In this document: positions 14,483-28,300 of the stretch, in pieces | Numbering within the stretch: position 1 is the stretch's first letter | Layout of the letters: each line of letters starts with the position of its first letter | Assembly (NCBI GenBank): GCA_023213395.1 | Contig: CM041465.1 | Location: forward strand, 149,241,741 to 149,305,740 | DNA: 64,000 nt | Reading direction: 5' to 3' | DNA from: Cycas panzhihuaensis | Taxonomy: Eukaryota; Plantae; Cycadophyta | Notes under the pieces: model-generated | What the model was told of the DNA's origin: nothing | The model's database searches: none | What the model saw: only the letters and a program-made list of their open reading frames with translations | Translations under genes and position numbers: made by a program

Positions 14483-15269
14483 ATGTATATGTTTACCAAT
14501 AGGTGTGTCTATAGTATGCAATAAAATATCTTTTAATAAAGATCTTTGTCTTTTTCTACTACATCAATTTATTTTCTATAGTAATCCAAAATAAACCAAT
14601 ATATTCCTTTATATTACTTCCTTAGTTAGAATCAATCAAATAAAGCATACAAAATAAATCAAACATGATATGAAAATGGATTTTACCCAATTTATTACTA
14701 CTTCCACTTGATGATGAATAAGTATTTGAGTGTTCCTTCTCTTTTCAACCTTTTATTTCCTATAAAATAATACTAAAAGGATGTTGATAAATATATTCTA
14801 ACATTAAAACAAATATATAAAGGTAATTAGGGATTCCCTCAAGATTAGGATAGGGCTATATGAGTACACTTTATAGTCACTTCAAAGCAATGCATAAGAT
14901 AGGAAAATAAGAAAAGTGAAAGGAACCAACAATTATGTGGGAGTGAGAGAAAATAATCAAGCAAATAATTTATAAGATAGAAAATAAAAGAAAATAAAGA
15001 GGGAGAAAAACTAATAAATAGTACTATTGGGATGCTGTCAAAATAGTTAATATTATAAAATATCTATGAGACTATCATGGTGATACCATAAAAGTCATAA
15101 AGCAAACACTTGGCATAGTGTATACAATACTGTGAAAATCTAATGTAAGATTTGCAGTTATATTATAGATGTCCTATGGAAGACATATGGTATGGTAAAG
15201 TAATATTATAAATTATCATGGAAGGTCTATGATGATATCATAGAAAATAAATAGAAAATATATAGTATG

Positions 15270-15581
15270 TGTGATTTATGGGATCAATTATAGAACCAAA
15301 TAAACTATCACATTTAAAGACATTTAGATAGAAACCACATACAATTCATCTACCTACAAACTAATTTTCATTCATTGAGAATGATCTCTAAACCAAATAT
15401 ATACAATATATATAGTACACCCTTAATATACACAGGATTAGTAACAATCCATAAAAGAATTTGTAATTGCCTTAACACTTATCATAAATCCATTTAGGAC
15501 TTAAATAACTCCCATGACATTTGTCAGCAGCCTTAATGACTCACACCTTATTTTATTCTCATATGAACATTAATTCTAACA
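15270..15581 (-). repeat. E3 3' LTR
   Basis: Aligns with 19140-19447. Confidence 0.93.
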
Positions 15582-15660
15582 CTCCCCCTTAGTGTCCATA
15601 TGATCAATTCAATTTATTAAACTGGCCTACTACTAAAGAATTAGGCCTCATCTTTGATTT

Positions 15661-17360
15661 TTATTTTCCCTTTGTCTTAGGTAATTAAGCTTGCTCAATG
15701 GTTTTCAAGTACTATTTAGAAAATTTGATGGATGGAATGACTTCAAGTTCTAATTGTTTCTCTTGAGCATCTTCAAATTTCTCCTCCTTAATTTCTTCCT
15801 CCTTTGGCTTAGTCTTTAGCTTAATAACCCACTAACTCGAATCACTTATTTTAGGTTGTTCCTCAATCTACTTTCCTTTGTCTTTCTAAATCTTCTAGAT
15901 ATTTAGATTTTGACCTCAATCTATCACATGCTTATCAATCTCTTTTGAGATGACTTTTGTAACCTATTTATCATCCTCTTCAAACATAACATCTCAAGTT
16001 GTATGAACCTTTCTGGTTATTAGCTCATATATCTAGTACACTTTATTCCCTTTATTGTACTCAACAAGAATGCCTTCTAAGCTTTCATCAATGACTTTCT
16101 AATGTTCATCTTTGGGAACTTATATATACACTAGGCTTCCAAAGTTTTTAAGATGACTAACTATAGGTTTATGTCCTAACCATGCTTCTTTTGGTGTTTT
16201 TTCCATTATAGCTTTAGTTATGTTTATTGTGCATGTCATTGTACAAACTTCTTCTTCCCAAAATATGTCTAAGAGATTCTTTGTCCTAATCAACAACTTA
16301 GCTTTTTTAACCAACATCTTATTTGTCCTCTCAACTAACCTATCCTACCGATGAGAGTATGTTGATATCAACTACTTAATATCATGGTCCTTCCAAAATT
16401 GGACAAAGGTTCTAGAGGTAAATTCTCCCCTATTATTTAACCTTAATACCTTGCTTTTTTTATTGCTTTCATTCTCTACTTTCACTTTGAAATCCTTAAA
16501 TATCTTAAGTACTTTAAGGATTCTCCCTCAAAGTATAAACCCAAATTTTCCTAGAATAATCAATAGTAAAGGTGAAGAGATATTTTATATCTCTAAGAAA
16601 AATGGTTAGCATAAAACCATAAATGTCTAAGTGTACCATGCTTAGCTTTTTAATTGCTTTGCATTTCAAAATTCTTTCCTCACACTACTTCCCATTAACA
16701 CAAGTTTCATATATGCACTTTTCTACTTTGAACTTTGAGAGATTGTGTACCATATTCAACTTTTTTATCAATTGAAGGCCAAGGAAATGCAGATATCCCA
16801 ATCTTTCATGCCACACTTAAATATTATTTAATACACCTATAGTTAAATATGATCTCTAGTTTATAGACTTACTTAAGTGCTCATAAAGATAGTTTTTACT
16901 TACACCTTCTAAAATATTTCTTCCTTCATGATCACTGATAATTGCCTTCCCATCTTTAAAGAGAAAACTCATTCTATTATCCTCTATTTCACTACCAGAA
17001 ATTAAATTCTTTTTTAATTTAAGCATACGTACAAAACATTCTCCATATAATAATCATTATAATTTGGAGTTATAATTAGAACCTCCCAAATGCCTTTAAC
17101 AACTAATATTTTATTATCTCTTAGAGATACAATATATCTTGTTGCCTCCCACATGTGCTTGAACCTATCAAGCTTACCTTTCTTGTGTTTAGAAGCACCT
17201 AAATCTATATATTAGACATCATTATATCCTTTGTTATGTGCTACCATATTTTATTGATCAGTTGTGATCTATAAAGTATCTCTATGCTACTAACTAGCCT
17301 ACAATAATCAATAATATCTCTTAATATGACCTAATTTCTTGTAATAATGGCAGGTCTTCT
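15661..17360 (-). pseudogene. E3 zinc knuckle-protease-integrase relic
   Basis: KTCHYYKKLGHIKR (CCHC relic, ~17320-17360); LRLNNRGEF integrase core; ORF 16120-16317 FWEEEV...TPKEAWLGHKPIVSHLKNFGS; no RT or RH between INT and PPT. Confidence 0.85.
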
Positions 17361-19139
17361 AAGGCATTTTAATTGAGTGGGAAAATAGACATATTCCACT
17401 CATTTAAAAATAATAAAACAATACATGACAACTACACATAGTGGGCATTTAAATAGCCCTATGATAACATACTATAATTTTATTAGAAAACACTAATTAT
17501 GGGATCTTTGATCACCTTACAAAGAGTCGACAAAACACATAGAATTAGTAGTCACCATACATAAAGCCATAAATTGACCATATGACCAAGCTTAATGCAA
17601 AGAACATAAAAAATTACAATATAAAAGTGTTCTTTATTTTGTCAAAGGACTCCTTTATGACTTAGAACATGACTTAGCCTCTTTACATCCTTTATGACCT
17701 TGGGCTAACACACAATGAGACTTATGGAACTCAACTCATAATTAAAAATAATTTAACGTATTTAAACATTACAAAATAAAAAACATTTGTAATCCTATAG
17801 TTTAGGCAACAGTATAATGATCAATTTTTTTCCTTTACATTAAATTGATCCGTATTTATTTGATGTTGATTCATCTAACATCTCTTTGTAAATAAAATAT
17901 TTATTAACTATAACATCTAGCTAATTTCATACACCTATTTATCCTCCATTGAATTAGTGGTTCAAGATCATTATCAAGGAAGATTCAATCATCATTTGTT
18001 CCTGATATAGATAAGGTTCTCCAAATTCAAGGAAAATAACTCAATCAAGGCCCAAGTTGCATTTTCTTCTCAGAGACTAATTGAAACACAATGAACTCAT
18101 AAATATCCAATAACTTTCAAATAATTGCTAACATTAAGGAGAGCCCCCCTTAACTATCATCAATTTAGGCTTGTAGAGTGTTGGATGGCTACCAAATCCC
18201 TAGAGTAATGTCACCTTATCAATGTTGATTTAATTAGCCCAATATTAACATTAGAAGAAGTTGGTCACCAATTGTTAGGAGACAAGATTTATAGACCACA
18301 TAAATGCTATGTCTCAAATGCTTTTTTGTAGAGGTAAAAGTCATACTCGCACCTCTAATTCTAGAATCTAGTTAATGGAACCCATAAGCATATTGAACTT
18401 AAACTACAATGTTAAAATCATGGTCATAAGAGTAAATTCCTCACATGTTACTCAATACCAGTAAATAAATTAAGGACCTTACAAAGATCTAAACTCATTC
18501 TATTTATAGAATGACACTTTTAGCATCAATATCTTTATGCCACCTTATAAGGTTTATAATTATTTTCCTAATAGGAAGTCAACATCTAAGTAAAAAGAAA
18601 AAGGACCAAAAGGAGCATGGTAGGAAATGTATAGAAAAATAATGGATTTTTTGATATATGGTAAAGAGTATAAACCTAACAAGCTAAAGAACAACCTCTA
18701 TATAATCAAAAGCTTTCCTTCCACACAATATGGTTAGAACTAGTGCATCAAGAAATTATATCTAATTAATAATGTCCATCTAGTAGTAGCCTATTCATCC
18801 TCATCAAAAGAACACAAATTAAACCACCAAATTTGAGGGATTCTATTGAAGAGTTTGGTCAAAATTACTTAATATGTGAGATCCTCCATTAGTTTCCACC
18901 AAGGAAATAACATCTAATTTACCTCAGAAATTTAATATAGTTAACATCTAGTATTGAACTGACCCCCTTTTTTAACTTTTTAACATTGTAAGGCTTGAAA
19001 CACATAGCCTAATAAACTAAACCTCAATAATAAATGGCATCATTTTTTTAATAAACAAACCTATAAATTGATCAGCTCTAACATTACAGGTGGAAAAAAT
19101 TAATTATCAACCTATAATAAAACCCACTCCAATACTAAA

Positions 19140-19447
19140 TGTGATTTATGGGATCAAATATGGAACCAAACAAACTCTCATATCTAAAGATAGGTTGAAA
19201 TTAGGTATAATTCATCTACCTATAAACTAATTTTCATTTATTGAGAATAATCGCTAAACTAATTATATACAATATATATGCTACACCCTTAATATACACA
19301 TGGGATTAGTAATAGTCCATAAAAGAATCTGTAATTGTCCTAACACTTTTCATAAGTCCATTTAGCACTTTAATAACTCCCATGACATTTGTAATTAGCC
19401 TTGATGACTTACATCATTTCATCCTCATATGAATATTAATTTTAAAA
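19140..19447 (-). repeat. E3 5' LTR
   Basis: Aligns with 15270-15581. Confidence 0.93.
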
Positions 19448-22400
19448 GTATGACTCTACAAATGCTATGAAAACATAAAAATAAACTTGTGGTGATGTTA
19501 TTAGAATATAATAGAAAACACATAATATCAACAAATCAATGCCACTAAAACATAATATAAGAGGCATGGTATTATCGTAGATAACATAGTGAGAAATACA
19601 CTATGAAACAAAGAGCAGTGGTATAACAAAACTTAGTAAAAATAGTGAGAAAGCTCCATAATTATGATAATAACAAATGGTCATGCAAAAATCCTTAGTC
19701 TAAAAGCAAAAGCAAATTAGAAATAAATAAACAATGTATGGGAAACCTCACATGAGTATAAACAAGCAAGTGTCATAATTTCCCTAAGTACATAATAGAA
19801 TCTAATGGACATTTCATGTGAGTTATTTATAGTGAGTATTTCAAGGATAATTCTCTAAATATATCCTAAAGTCTATTTTAGAAACTGATGAGAAATAATT
19901 AAACTATTTTTTAGGACTTAATTATGGAGTTGACCTCGAGGCACTAACTAACAGAAGAAGACAAGAATATAAAAAGGGCATAAATTCCTCATACAATGTG
20001 TATTTTCAGGCCACAACAACTTATTCCATATCTACTTGAGGATATCTAGGTAATAGAGTAGGTAAAACCAATAATTAAAATTAAAATTAATGTGAAAAGA
20101 TATAAAAGAAGAATAATGTAAATAAAAAACAATAAAAATAATGTGAAACAAAGAAAGAGGATTGTTAAAATGGCTATCATGTGACTCAACCTATAAAGTT
20201 ATGTGTATATAATATGAAGGTTTTATAAAGAATAAATCTCTTTTCCATCATTGGTAAATGGATGAATGTAATATATATAGGTAAACACAAGCAGATGCTC
20301 AGTACAAATATAACATAAGGTAAAATAACAAGCAAATGCAAACAATCAAATGTAGCATAAGACATATGATAAGCAACTAATACATATCTAATGAGAGAGA
20401 GTGAAGTTATACTTGATGTTCCTAGATTGAGAGGTAGGAGATCAATTAGAAAATATTTGTGACATTTGCAATGGAACTTAGTTGAACTCATGAAATAAAG
20501 AGTAAGCATTACCAATATCACATCTTGTATATGTATATATAATATTATCAATATTATATATCTTACTAAAGCTTTATGTGAGTGTATTATATTAGTGATA
20601 GAACCCAAGATGTTTAGTTTTATAATTTTTTGAGTGTATCATAGATGAAATGAATAACCCTATACTAAACACAATATTACTAGCATGATTCAGAGAAATC
20701 TAAGCAACAATAGAAATATTACAATTTTTTTCTTTTTCCTTATATGTGTAAGTGAATAATTTAATGGAAAATATAACAATAATATAAGAATTACATTGGG
20801 AAGTACAATATGATGAATATAGGAGTGTACAAGAATCAACTAGTAAGGGGAACTATCTAAAGATGTAGAATCTCAACATTTTAATTAAGACCTCTACAAG
20901 GCAATGCATCCAAGAATGGTAATTTTTTTAATGCATACCATGTGGCTATAATAATCTTTGATAATAATGCATATTAATCAACTTTATAGCTTAGAAAATG
21001 ATGATATAAAGCTGTAAATTAGCCACCACTAAACTCATTGGTCAAAATGACATATGTATTTTATCAAATAGATCTAGAATTCAATAAATGATAAAGTAAG
21101 ACTTTTAAATTAATTACCATTAAAATCATAAAAGTGATGATGCACATGTGAGATTGCTTAAACGTTGGCAATTTAACAAATGTAATATGAGAGTTATAAG
21201 CTTGTTACCATTGAATCCATTAAAATATTAATGAATGTGAGAGAGATATTTTTCTTTTTTGTTCTTTTTAAAAATATTATAATTTTTCCTTGTAGCATAC
21301 ATATCAAATATTTTGTAATGTTTCTTGTGTACAACTCACATCTATAGTCTAATGAATGACAAATGAAGCTTTATAACCAATCACCATTGAACCAGTGATA
21401 AGTTTATTAATGTTACCTTTAAGTATAAATGAGGAGAAATCAATCAATTTAAGGATATGTGCCCTTGTTAATATATTATATATATGCATATTTAACATAA
21501 TGTAAGCCCAATAATACCCTAAATAATTACTTTATTAAGCTAAACCATGGGAATAATCAAATAGTGTATTAATCATATGACAATTCCTAACTTTAGTCAA
21601 GGGTATTAATATAAGGAAGATACATGTGAAGGGAATACTAGGGTATAATTGAGTAGTCAAAGTGATTCTATGCTACAAGGATTATAAGAGATCTCACTAG
21701 TTAATAGAGTGAAAGTAAGAAGTAATCAAACCATGAATGAATATAAAAAGAAAAAAAGTTTGAAAGTGAGTGTGTATATGCTTAGTTTACTGGTGGAGTG
21801 TGTGTGTGTGATTTTATTTTAAATATTCTTACATGCGTGATAGTTTATACTCTTATAGAAGTGTGTGTGATTTATCATAGTTTGTGCTTTTTATCAGTTG
21901 AATTTACAAACCCATAATTTATCCTTATTGTAGATTGGAGTGTAGTTTATACTCATTATGGAGTAGATCATAGTTTACACCCATTATAGAGTAATTTATG
22001 TATAAGAATCTTAATTAATTAACCTTTTCTTTATACTAGTAAGAGGAAGATATTTCTTGGAAAGAACTATTTACTCACCATTAGGTAAACAAATTTCTTC
22101 CTTGGAAGATTTAAGAAATGACCTAAATTTAGGTGATTGATTAGGATAATCATTATTGTTATTTCTTTATCTTTAATATTATTGTTGGATAATGCCCATT
22201 AGGGCTCATATCAACACATGTTGGCTATGATGACATAGGGTTTGGTTCAATTAACTTATTAAACCTCATTAATATTTGAGTGGATATTATAATGGTATTT
22301 CTAAACACTAGTTGATGGTAGACACTGGGTTCCACTCAACTCCTGCCTATAAATTCAAAGGGTCCAGAGACCTTGGTGTTCATCAACACCACCATCATGT

Positions 22401-23045
22401 TGGATACTTGTTTCACCCTTTATTGTATTTGTCTCTCTCTCTAACTCTTATAAATCCTTCTTTTGATATCAAAGCAATCATCAAAAATGCGTTAAAGCAT
22501 TGCCTTATTGTAGAATCATTCATTTGAAATGCCAAGGTTTGGAGAAGCTCTTGAGAGGAGCCACACTCAAGAGATGAAGGATTTATAAAAAGATAGATCA
22601 CCATTCAAGTAGTTTTATACATGTGCACTTTTTGTGGATTTTTCATATCATTAATACTCATTACTATAGTTTTTATTTAATATTTTGTGCATGAGTCCAT
22701 TATTTATATGCACTAGGATCTACTTCGAAAAGCTACTTTGTGAGGTATCGTTCATTCTATAGAGATTTAGAAAGCCACAAAGCCTATATTGTTTAGCATT
22801 TAAAGCCTTCCATAGCCCTCCTTTACATTATTATGGCTTATTTGAGATTGTATCCCATTACTATTACCTTGTTTACCTCTCTTCTCTTGCAAAAAGTAAA
22901 GTTTACTTGTGAAAAGCTTTCAATTACCACACATATGTGCCTTTATGCTATTTTCCATTGTAATACGATTTAATATACACTAAAGTTGGTTGCTTTCATA
23001 TATCATTACACCTATTTTCCTCTGTACATCTTTGTATGTGCCATC

Positions 23046-23459
23046 TGTTAGAATAATATTATGTTTATATAATGTTATCTTTATAAAGATATTTATTAAA
23101 GTCACTTTATGATTATTATTTTGTTTGTTAAAATTGATAACAGTTCATTTCAATGAACCTCTTCTTATTTATATCTTCCTATATTCTAGGAAGATGGTTG
23201 GGAGGTTAAGAGGTTGGTCAAAGTTATATGTAGGCTATGTTGGTAACTAGAGAGAGGACAAGATCCTCATCTTCATCAATCATTGTAATGCATATTATAT
23301 TTAATACTATTTAAACTATTTTAGGAGGTGGTTTTTTATCCCCTAAAGGTGTTTTCTACCTGTCAATCATGGTGCATTTACTTGTGATTGTTATATCTAT
23401 AAATTTATGATTTATTGATTATAAAACTTATGCTTGAAAATTAATCCCTCTCTCTTACA
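23046..23459 (+). repeat. E4 5' LTR
   Basis: Aligns with 29508-29915. Confidence 0.95.
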
Positions 23460-23886
23460 TGGTATTAGAGCTAGTTTAGTAGCCGTTTGGAGAAATTAAT
23501 ATGCAAATTAAAGAATATAATATTACAATAAAAAAGGGGCTACTTTATATTAATCAAAATTATTGTTATACAAAACTTAACATCACAAGGTGCTTTTAGT
23601 TTTTACAAATGCCTTTTTTATAGTCTAGCCTACAAAGTATATATAGCTATATACAAGAAAAATTATTACAAAGGCTTAATGATACTTCAATAGTATCTAC
23701 AACAAAGAAATACCAGAAAATAAAAAATTCCTCCATCGTTAAAGACCATCTACACCATTGTGAGAGAGTAGAAGATGAAAACTCATTGAAGTTAAAACCC
23801 TCATACGTAAACTTACTTTGCAAGTGAAGAAATCTGCTTATAAACTCTATCATGCAGATCTGTAAATGAGAAAATCTTCCACCGCA

Positions 23887-24053
23887 TAGTGAATGCCCTC
23901 TACTTGCCCACTAATTAATTATGGTGCTTAAAGAAGACTGATGATGGTGAATGTCCTTTTACTCACCTGATGATGGTGAATGCCCTTTATTTGCCTAATG
24001 ATGGTAAATTCCATCTGCTAGCCTGATTATGGTGAATTCCCTCAACTCACCTA
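23887..24053. repeat. ~28-bp tandem repeat (4-5 degenerate units) in the E4 leader
   Basis: Units like TGATGATGGTGAATGYCCTYTACTYRCC starting at 23939, 23968, 23996, 24024, plus a partial at ~23889. Confidence 0.85.
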
Positions 24054-25079
24054 AAATGGAGATCTCTATAAAGAAGTTAGTAGAAAGTAGATGCCTAGAT
24101 GTAGAGACAATCCCTCCACGTAGAAGAGGACATGGCACTTGATAATGAAGATGCCACTTTCAAGTGAAGACCATCATGCAAAGATGTAGAGATAGGGGAT
24201 GGAGAGACACCTAAAGATTAAGCCCCGGAGACCATCACCACCATCACCACCATCACCATTGACCTACAAAAAAAAATGATTAAAAATTAGGGCAAATTCC
24301 TTTCTATTTTTTTTTTTTTTTTTTAATGTGGATTTCAAAATCCACTTAAATCTATTGAATTCTTTTTATAAATGCAAAAATGTTTGTATTCTCCCCTATT
24401 GGTTTTTTAAGTCTACACCTTATTAATATGTTTTTTTCTATAAAGTTTTTTTGGGTTTTCCATACCCCCTCCTTCTGCTAGCTTGTGATCATATTAGCCT
24501 CCCATATGACCTTAATCTAATTTTAAAAAGGTGCCTATCCCCTATCCTATTATTTATTTATTTTTTTTTCTATAAAGGGGGTACTTGTGCTTTTTCTTTT
24601 GTAACTTTATCATATAGAGTCCAAATTCAACTCCAAAATAAGTGTCAAAATCTTGACTCAGATGCAGACACATTAACTAGTCACTTGTTTAATTTGGATG
24701 CCATTTTAGCTTGTAAATTTATGCTCAAAATAAGGCTTCTCTTCATGACTAGATAAACCAAGGAACATGATATGTTTTTTGTAAATTTCCTTATAATATT
24801 TTAAATTTATTATCTTAAATTAGTAAACATTATTCACTTATCAATAATTTAACAAATTTCATCTTTTTATATATATTTTTAAATTATTATATATAGTCTA
24901 TTAATATTCAATTAAAATAAACTTTTTTTAATTATATGATTTAATTTAAGCTACAAACATACAACTCTTATACGTTTGATTAATTTTCTTAGATATTTGA
25001 TTAAAATTTTAATGGTTCTTAATCAATTGATTATCAACATTTATTACTAATAAGTTCATTTTTATTTTCTGATCAATGA

Positions 25080-25185
25080 TAAATTAATTCATGTTTAAGT
25101 GGAAAATTAATTCATGTTTAAGTGGAAAATCAATTCATGTTTACTGACAAATCAATTCATGTTTAGTGGTGAATTAATTTATGTG
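25080..25185. repeat. 23-bp tandem repeat in the E4 leader
   Basis: AAAATTAATTCATGTTTAAGTGG twice, then 2-3 decaying copies. Confidence 0.85.
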
Positions 25186-25371
25186 GCAATGAAATTATGT
25201 TTATGATTTGAATTTATTTTTTAATTCACGTAACACACTTACTTTACTAAATGAATATTCACCTACAAAAATCATACTTAATTTTATTCAAAAGTCATCA
25301 CAACTTCTTCCACATTTTTCATTTCTTTTTTCTTTCCTTAAATAGGTCTTTAGTCATAGGTTAGCCCTAAA

Positions 25372-28300
25372 ATGGCACTCATGCCAGGGGAAACCTCTTG
25401 TACCTCAATTCTAATTCTAACTGGCTCCAATTATGTTGACTAAAAAACTCACATATGTCACCACCTAAAGTAACATAAGCTATGATGATATGTCATAGGA
25501 GAATTTACTAAACCAATAGATGAAAAATTAGAAGCCTATATGGTTTATCTTATGAATTGTGATGGAGCCTTAAGCACCATCATAACCTCTCTTTCCCCAG
25601 ACATAAGTTAGTACTTCTTTGACACAAATGATTTATCCATAGTTTGGAACTCACTCAAGGAAAAGTACAATAAGGTTGATGCTCAAAAGTTAGTTGTTCT
25701 AGAATAATAAATGTATGATTTAAATTATAAAGACCTTTCTAAAATTAAAGACTCCTTATCAAAACATCAACTTATTAATAAATACTTAGGTAATTGCATA
25801 AAGTCTTCCAGAAAAATAAGTGATAAAATAGTCACTGTTACACTAGTTGAATATCAAATAATGTTGATTCAAACTGGAAAATTGCAAGATCATTCATAGG
25901 ATTTTTTTTCAAAGTTAAAGCCACTCAATAAGTTTCAACATCAAAATAACTATTAAAACAATCATAATAATCCTAAGTTCTAAAATCCTCATAGAGGTTC
26001 ATCTTATTCAAACAACCTTCATCATAATACGAAGTATTTTGGATCACTTAAAACACTGAATACTTCTAAATAATCATTCCAAAAAAGGAATACTATCAAT
26101 TCTAACCCTAATCATAATGTTAGTTGTATTTACTTCCATAAAAAAGGCACACCATTGATGTCTGTAGGAATGGAATTGCTTCTAAAGCTTGGAAAGCTTC
26201 TAAGGGGATCCAATCATGATCCCATAATCCTAACCATTCTTTAATAGCTTCCACATTAGCCTTTTTAACGCCCACTCCTCAACCACCTTTGTGGATCCTT
26301 GATTCTGGTGCATCCTGTCATATGACAAGATACCAAGAATACTTATCATCTTACCATTATGATTTTAATTCTGAAGAGGAAATTTCATTTGAAAGTGGTT
26401 CATAACTAAAAGTCAAAGGAATAAGAGATATTTATTTGAAAGACAGGTATATTAAGGGCATATATTATGTTCTTAGATTATTACCAACTCTCCTTTTAGT
26501 TTATCAAATTTGCTAGAAAGACCTTGTTGTCAAATTCTAGAAAGATAGATTTATTATTAAATAACCTTTAAATAAGTTTAATTCAATTGCTTCAGGACTT
26601 GTAGATCATAAAATAGATCTCTACAACCTAACAAATCTTTAACATTCTAAAAAAAAGTCTTTCAATATATTTATAGCTAAATCTAATCCAATCAGTAAGT
26701 TAGGGCAGGCTCAATTTGGCCATATAAGTTATGGAAAACTTTAGTATTTAAACAAAAATGATATGGTTCATGCGCTTTCCACCCTAACTATAGTCTAGGG
26801 TGTTTGTAGATCCTACATAACAAGCAAACAACACATAGATCTCTTTCCACATCAAACTTCATTTAGAGAAAAAGTTCCACTTGAACTCATTCACTCTGAC
26901 ATTTGTGGCCCATTCCAAGTACCATCGTACTCTTGAAGTAAGTATTTTGCCACTTTCATCGATGAATTTTCTAGGAAATATTGGGTTTATATGTTTAAAA
27001 TAAGAAGTCAAGTCTTTAACATCTTTTTTTAGTTTAAAATGTTATTAAAAAATCAAATCAACTTTAAAATAAAAATCTTCACATCTAATAATTCTAAAAA
27101 ATACTTAAGTAGTAAGTTTACTTTATATTATAAAAGATGTAGAATATGATTTCAACATTCTATTGCCTATACCCCTCAACAAAATAGTGTTGTTGGATGC
27201 AAGAATTATACTCTCGTAGAAATGACCAAATGCATGATACATGCAAAAGGTTTGGATTTAAAGTTGTGGGTTGAAGTAATATCCTGCTCCAACTATCTTT
27301 TAAATCAATTACCAAATAAATCTCTACAACATATTATGCCATCATAGAAGTGGTCAAGTCATAAACTTTCTATCAAACATCTTAGAATCTTTGGAAGCAT
27401 TACATGGAGGTATGTTCCTAAAGAAAAACGTAAGAAACTTGACCCTAAAAGTTTTAAATCATCTTCATTGGTTACAATAAAGAAAGTAAAGCCTACAGGC
27501 TTCTTTATCTAATCACGTATAAGATTTTGATTCTTCATGATATTATATTAGATGAAAAAGGATCTTCATCAAAAACTACTTATAGATAACTTCATGTCAA
27601 GAGTTTGTTAACTAACACTTACTTAGTTAACCCCTTAGACAAACAAATTAATCCTAAAATGATCAAATATTTATCCAATCAAGTTCAAAATTGGATATTA
27701 ACTGAACCTATTACATTAGATCTAGTTAGTCAGTTAAGCTCTTTTGATCAACCCTCTACTTTTGCTTCTTTAAAGAACAAACAACTAGTTTGGGTATAGA
27801 AAACTCTTTTTGATGTTGGTAATTTATATGATACCAAGAAGACTCGTTTCCAAGAAATTCAAGCTATTTTTTCTCTAATGGCTAAAGTCATGGCTACAAA
27901 TGATCCAAAAATCTTTAAGAAAGTAAATATCAATCCAATATGGTAACAAGTAATACAAGCAGAGATTGACACTCTTAAAAATAATCCAACCTGGGATTTA
28001 GTTTTCCTTCCTCCTGGTAAGAAATTGGTAGACTATAAATGAGTTTATCAAATAAAGTATAACACAAAAGGAGCTATTAAAAAATATAAGGCTTGTTTAG
28101 TAACCAAAGAGTTTTCTCAAATTGATAGTATTGATTATATTGAAAGCTTTGCTCTTGTATCTAAGATGAATACAATAAAAAACATCCTAGCTTTAGTAAC
28201 CAAATTTGGCTGGTAGATTCATTAAATGGATGTTACAAGCATTTTTTTTAATGGAAATCTTAAAGAAGAAAATTATATAAAATAACCCCCTAGTTTTGTT

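Larger units (their letters stand above)
15270..19447 (-). mobile_element. E3: RT/RNaseH-less Ty1/Copia element
   Basis: Paired ~310-bp LTRs (15270-15581, 19140-19447), perfect TSD GTATG (15265-15269, 19448-19452), PPT CTAAGGGGGAG (15582-15592, -), degenerate PBS TAGTATTGGAGT. Confidence 0.92.

Noticed and set aside
18250-18540. hAT-transposase-like words (ETRF on +; HDFNIVV on -)
   Set aside because: The motifs lie on opposite strands and no TIR or 8-bp TSD was found.
14900-20050. Degenerate CTATG/CATAG-rich repeats flanking E3, possibly an older LTR
   Set aside because: No boundaries, TSD or partner could be established.
20186-20608. 140-aa hydrophobic ORF
   Set aside because: It has a non-ATG start, AT-driven low-complexity composition and no recognisable motif.
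23939-24053. 28-bp repeats as a possible CRISPR array
   Set aside because: The units are head-to-tail with no unique spacers, there are no cas genes, and they lie inside a plant retrotransposon.
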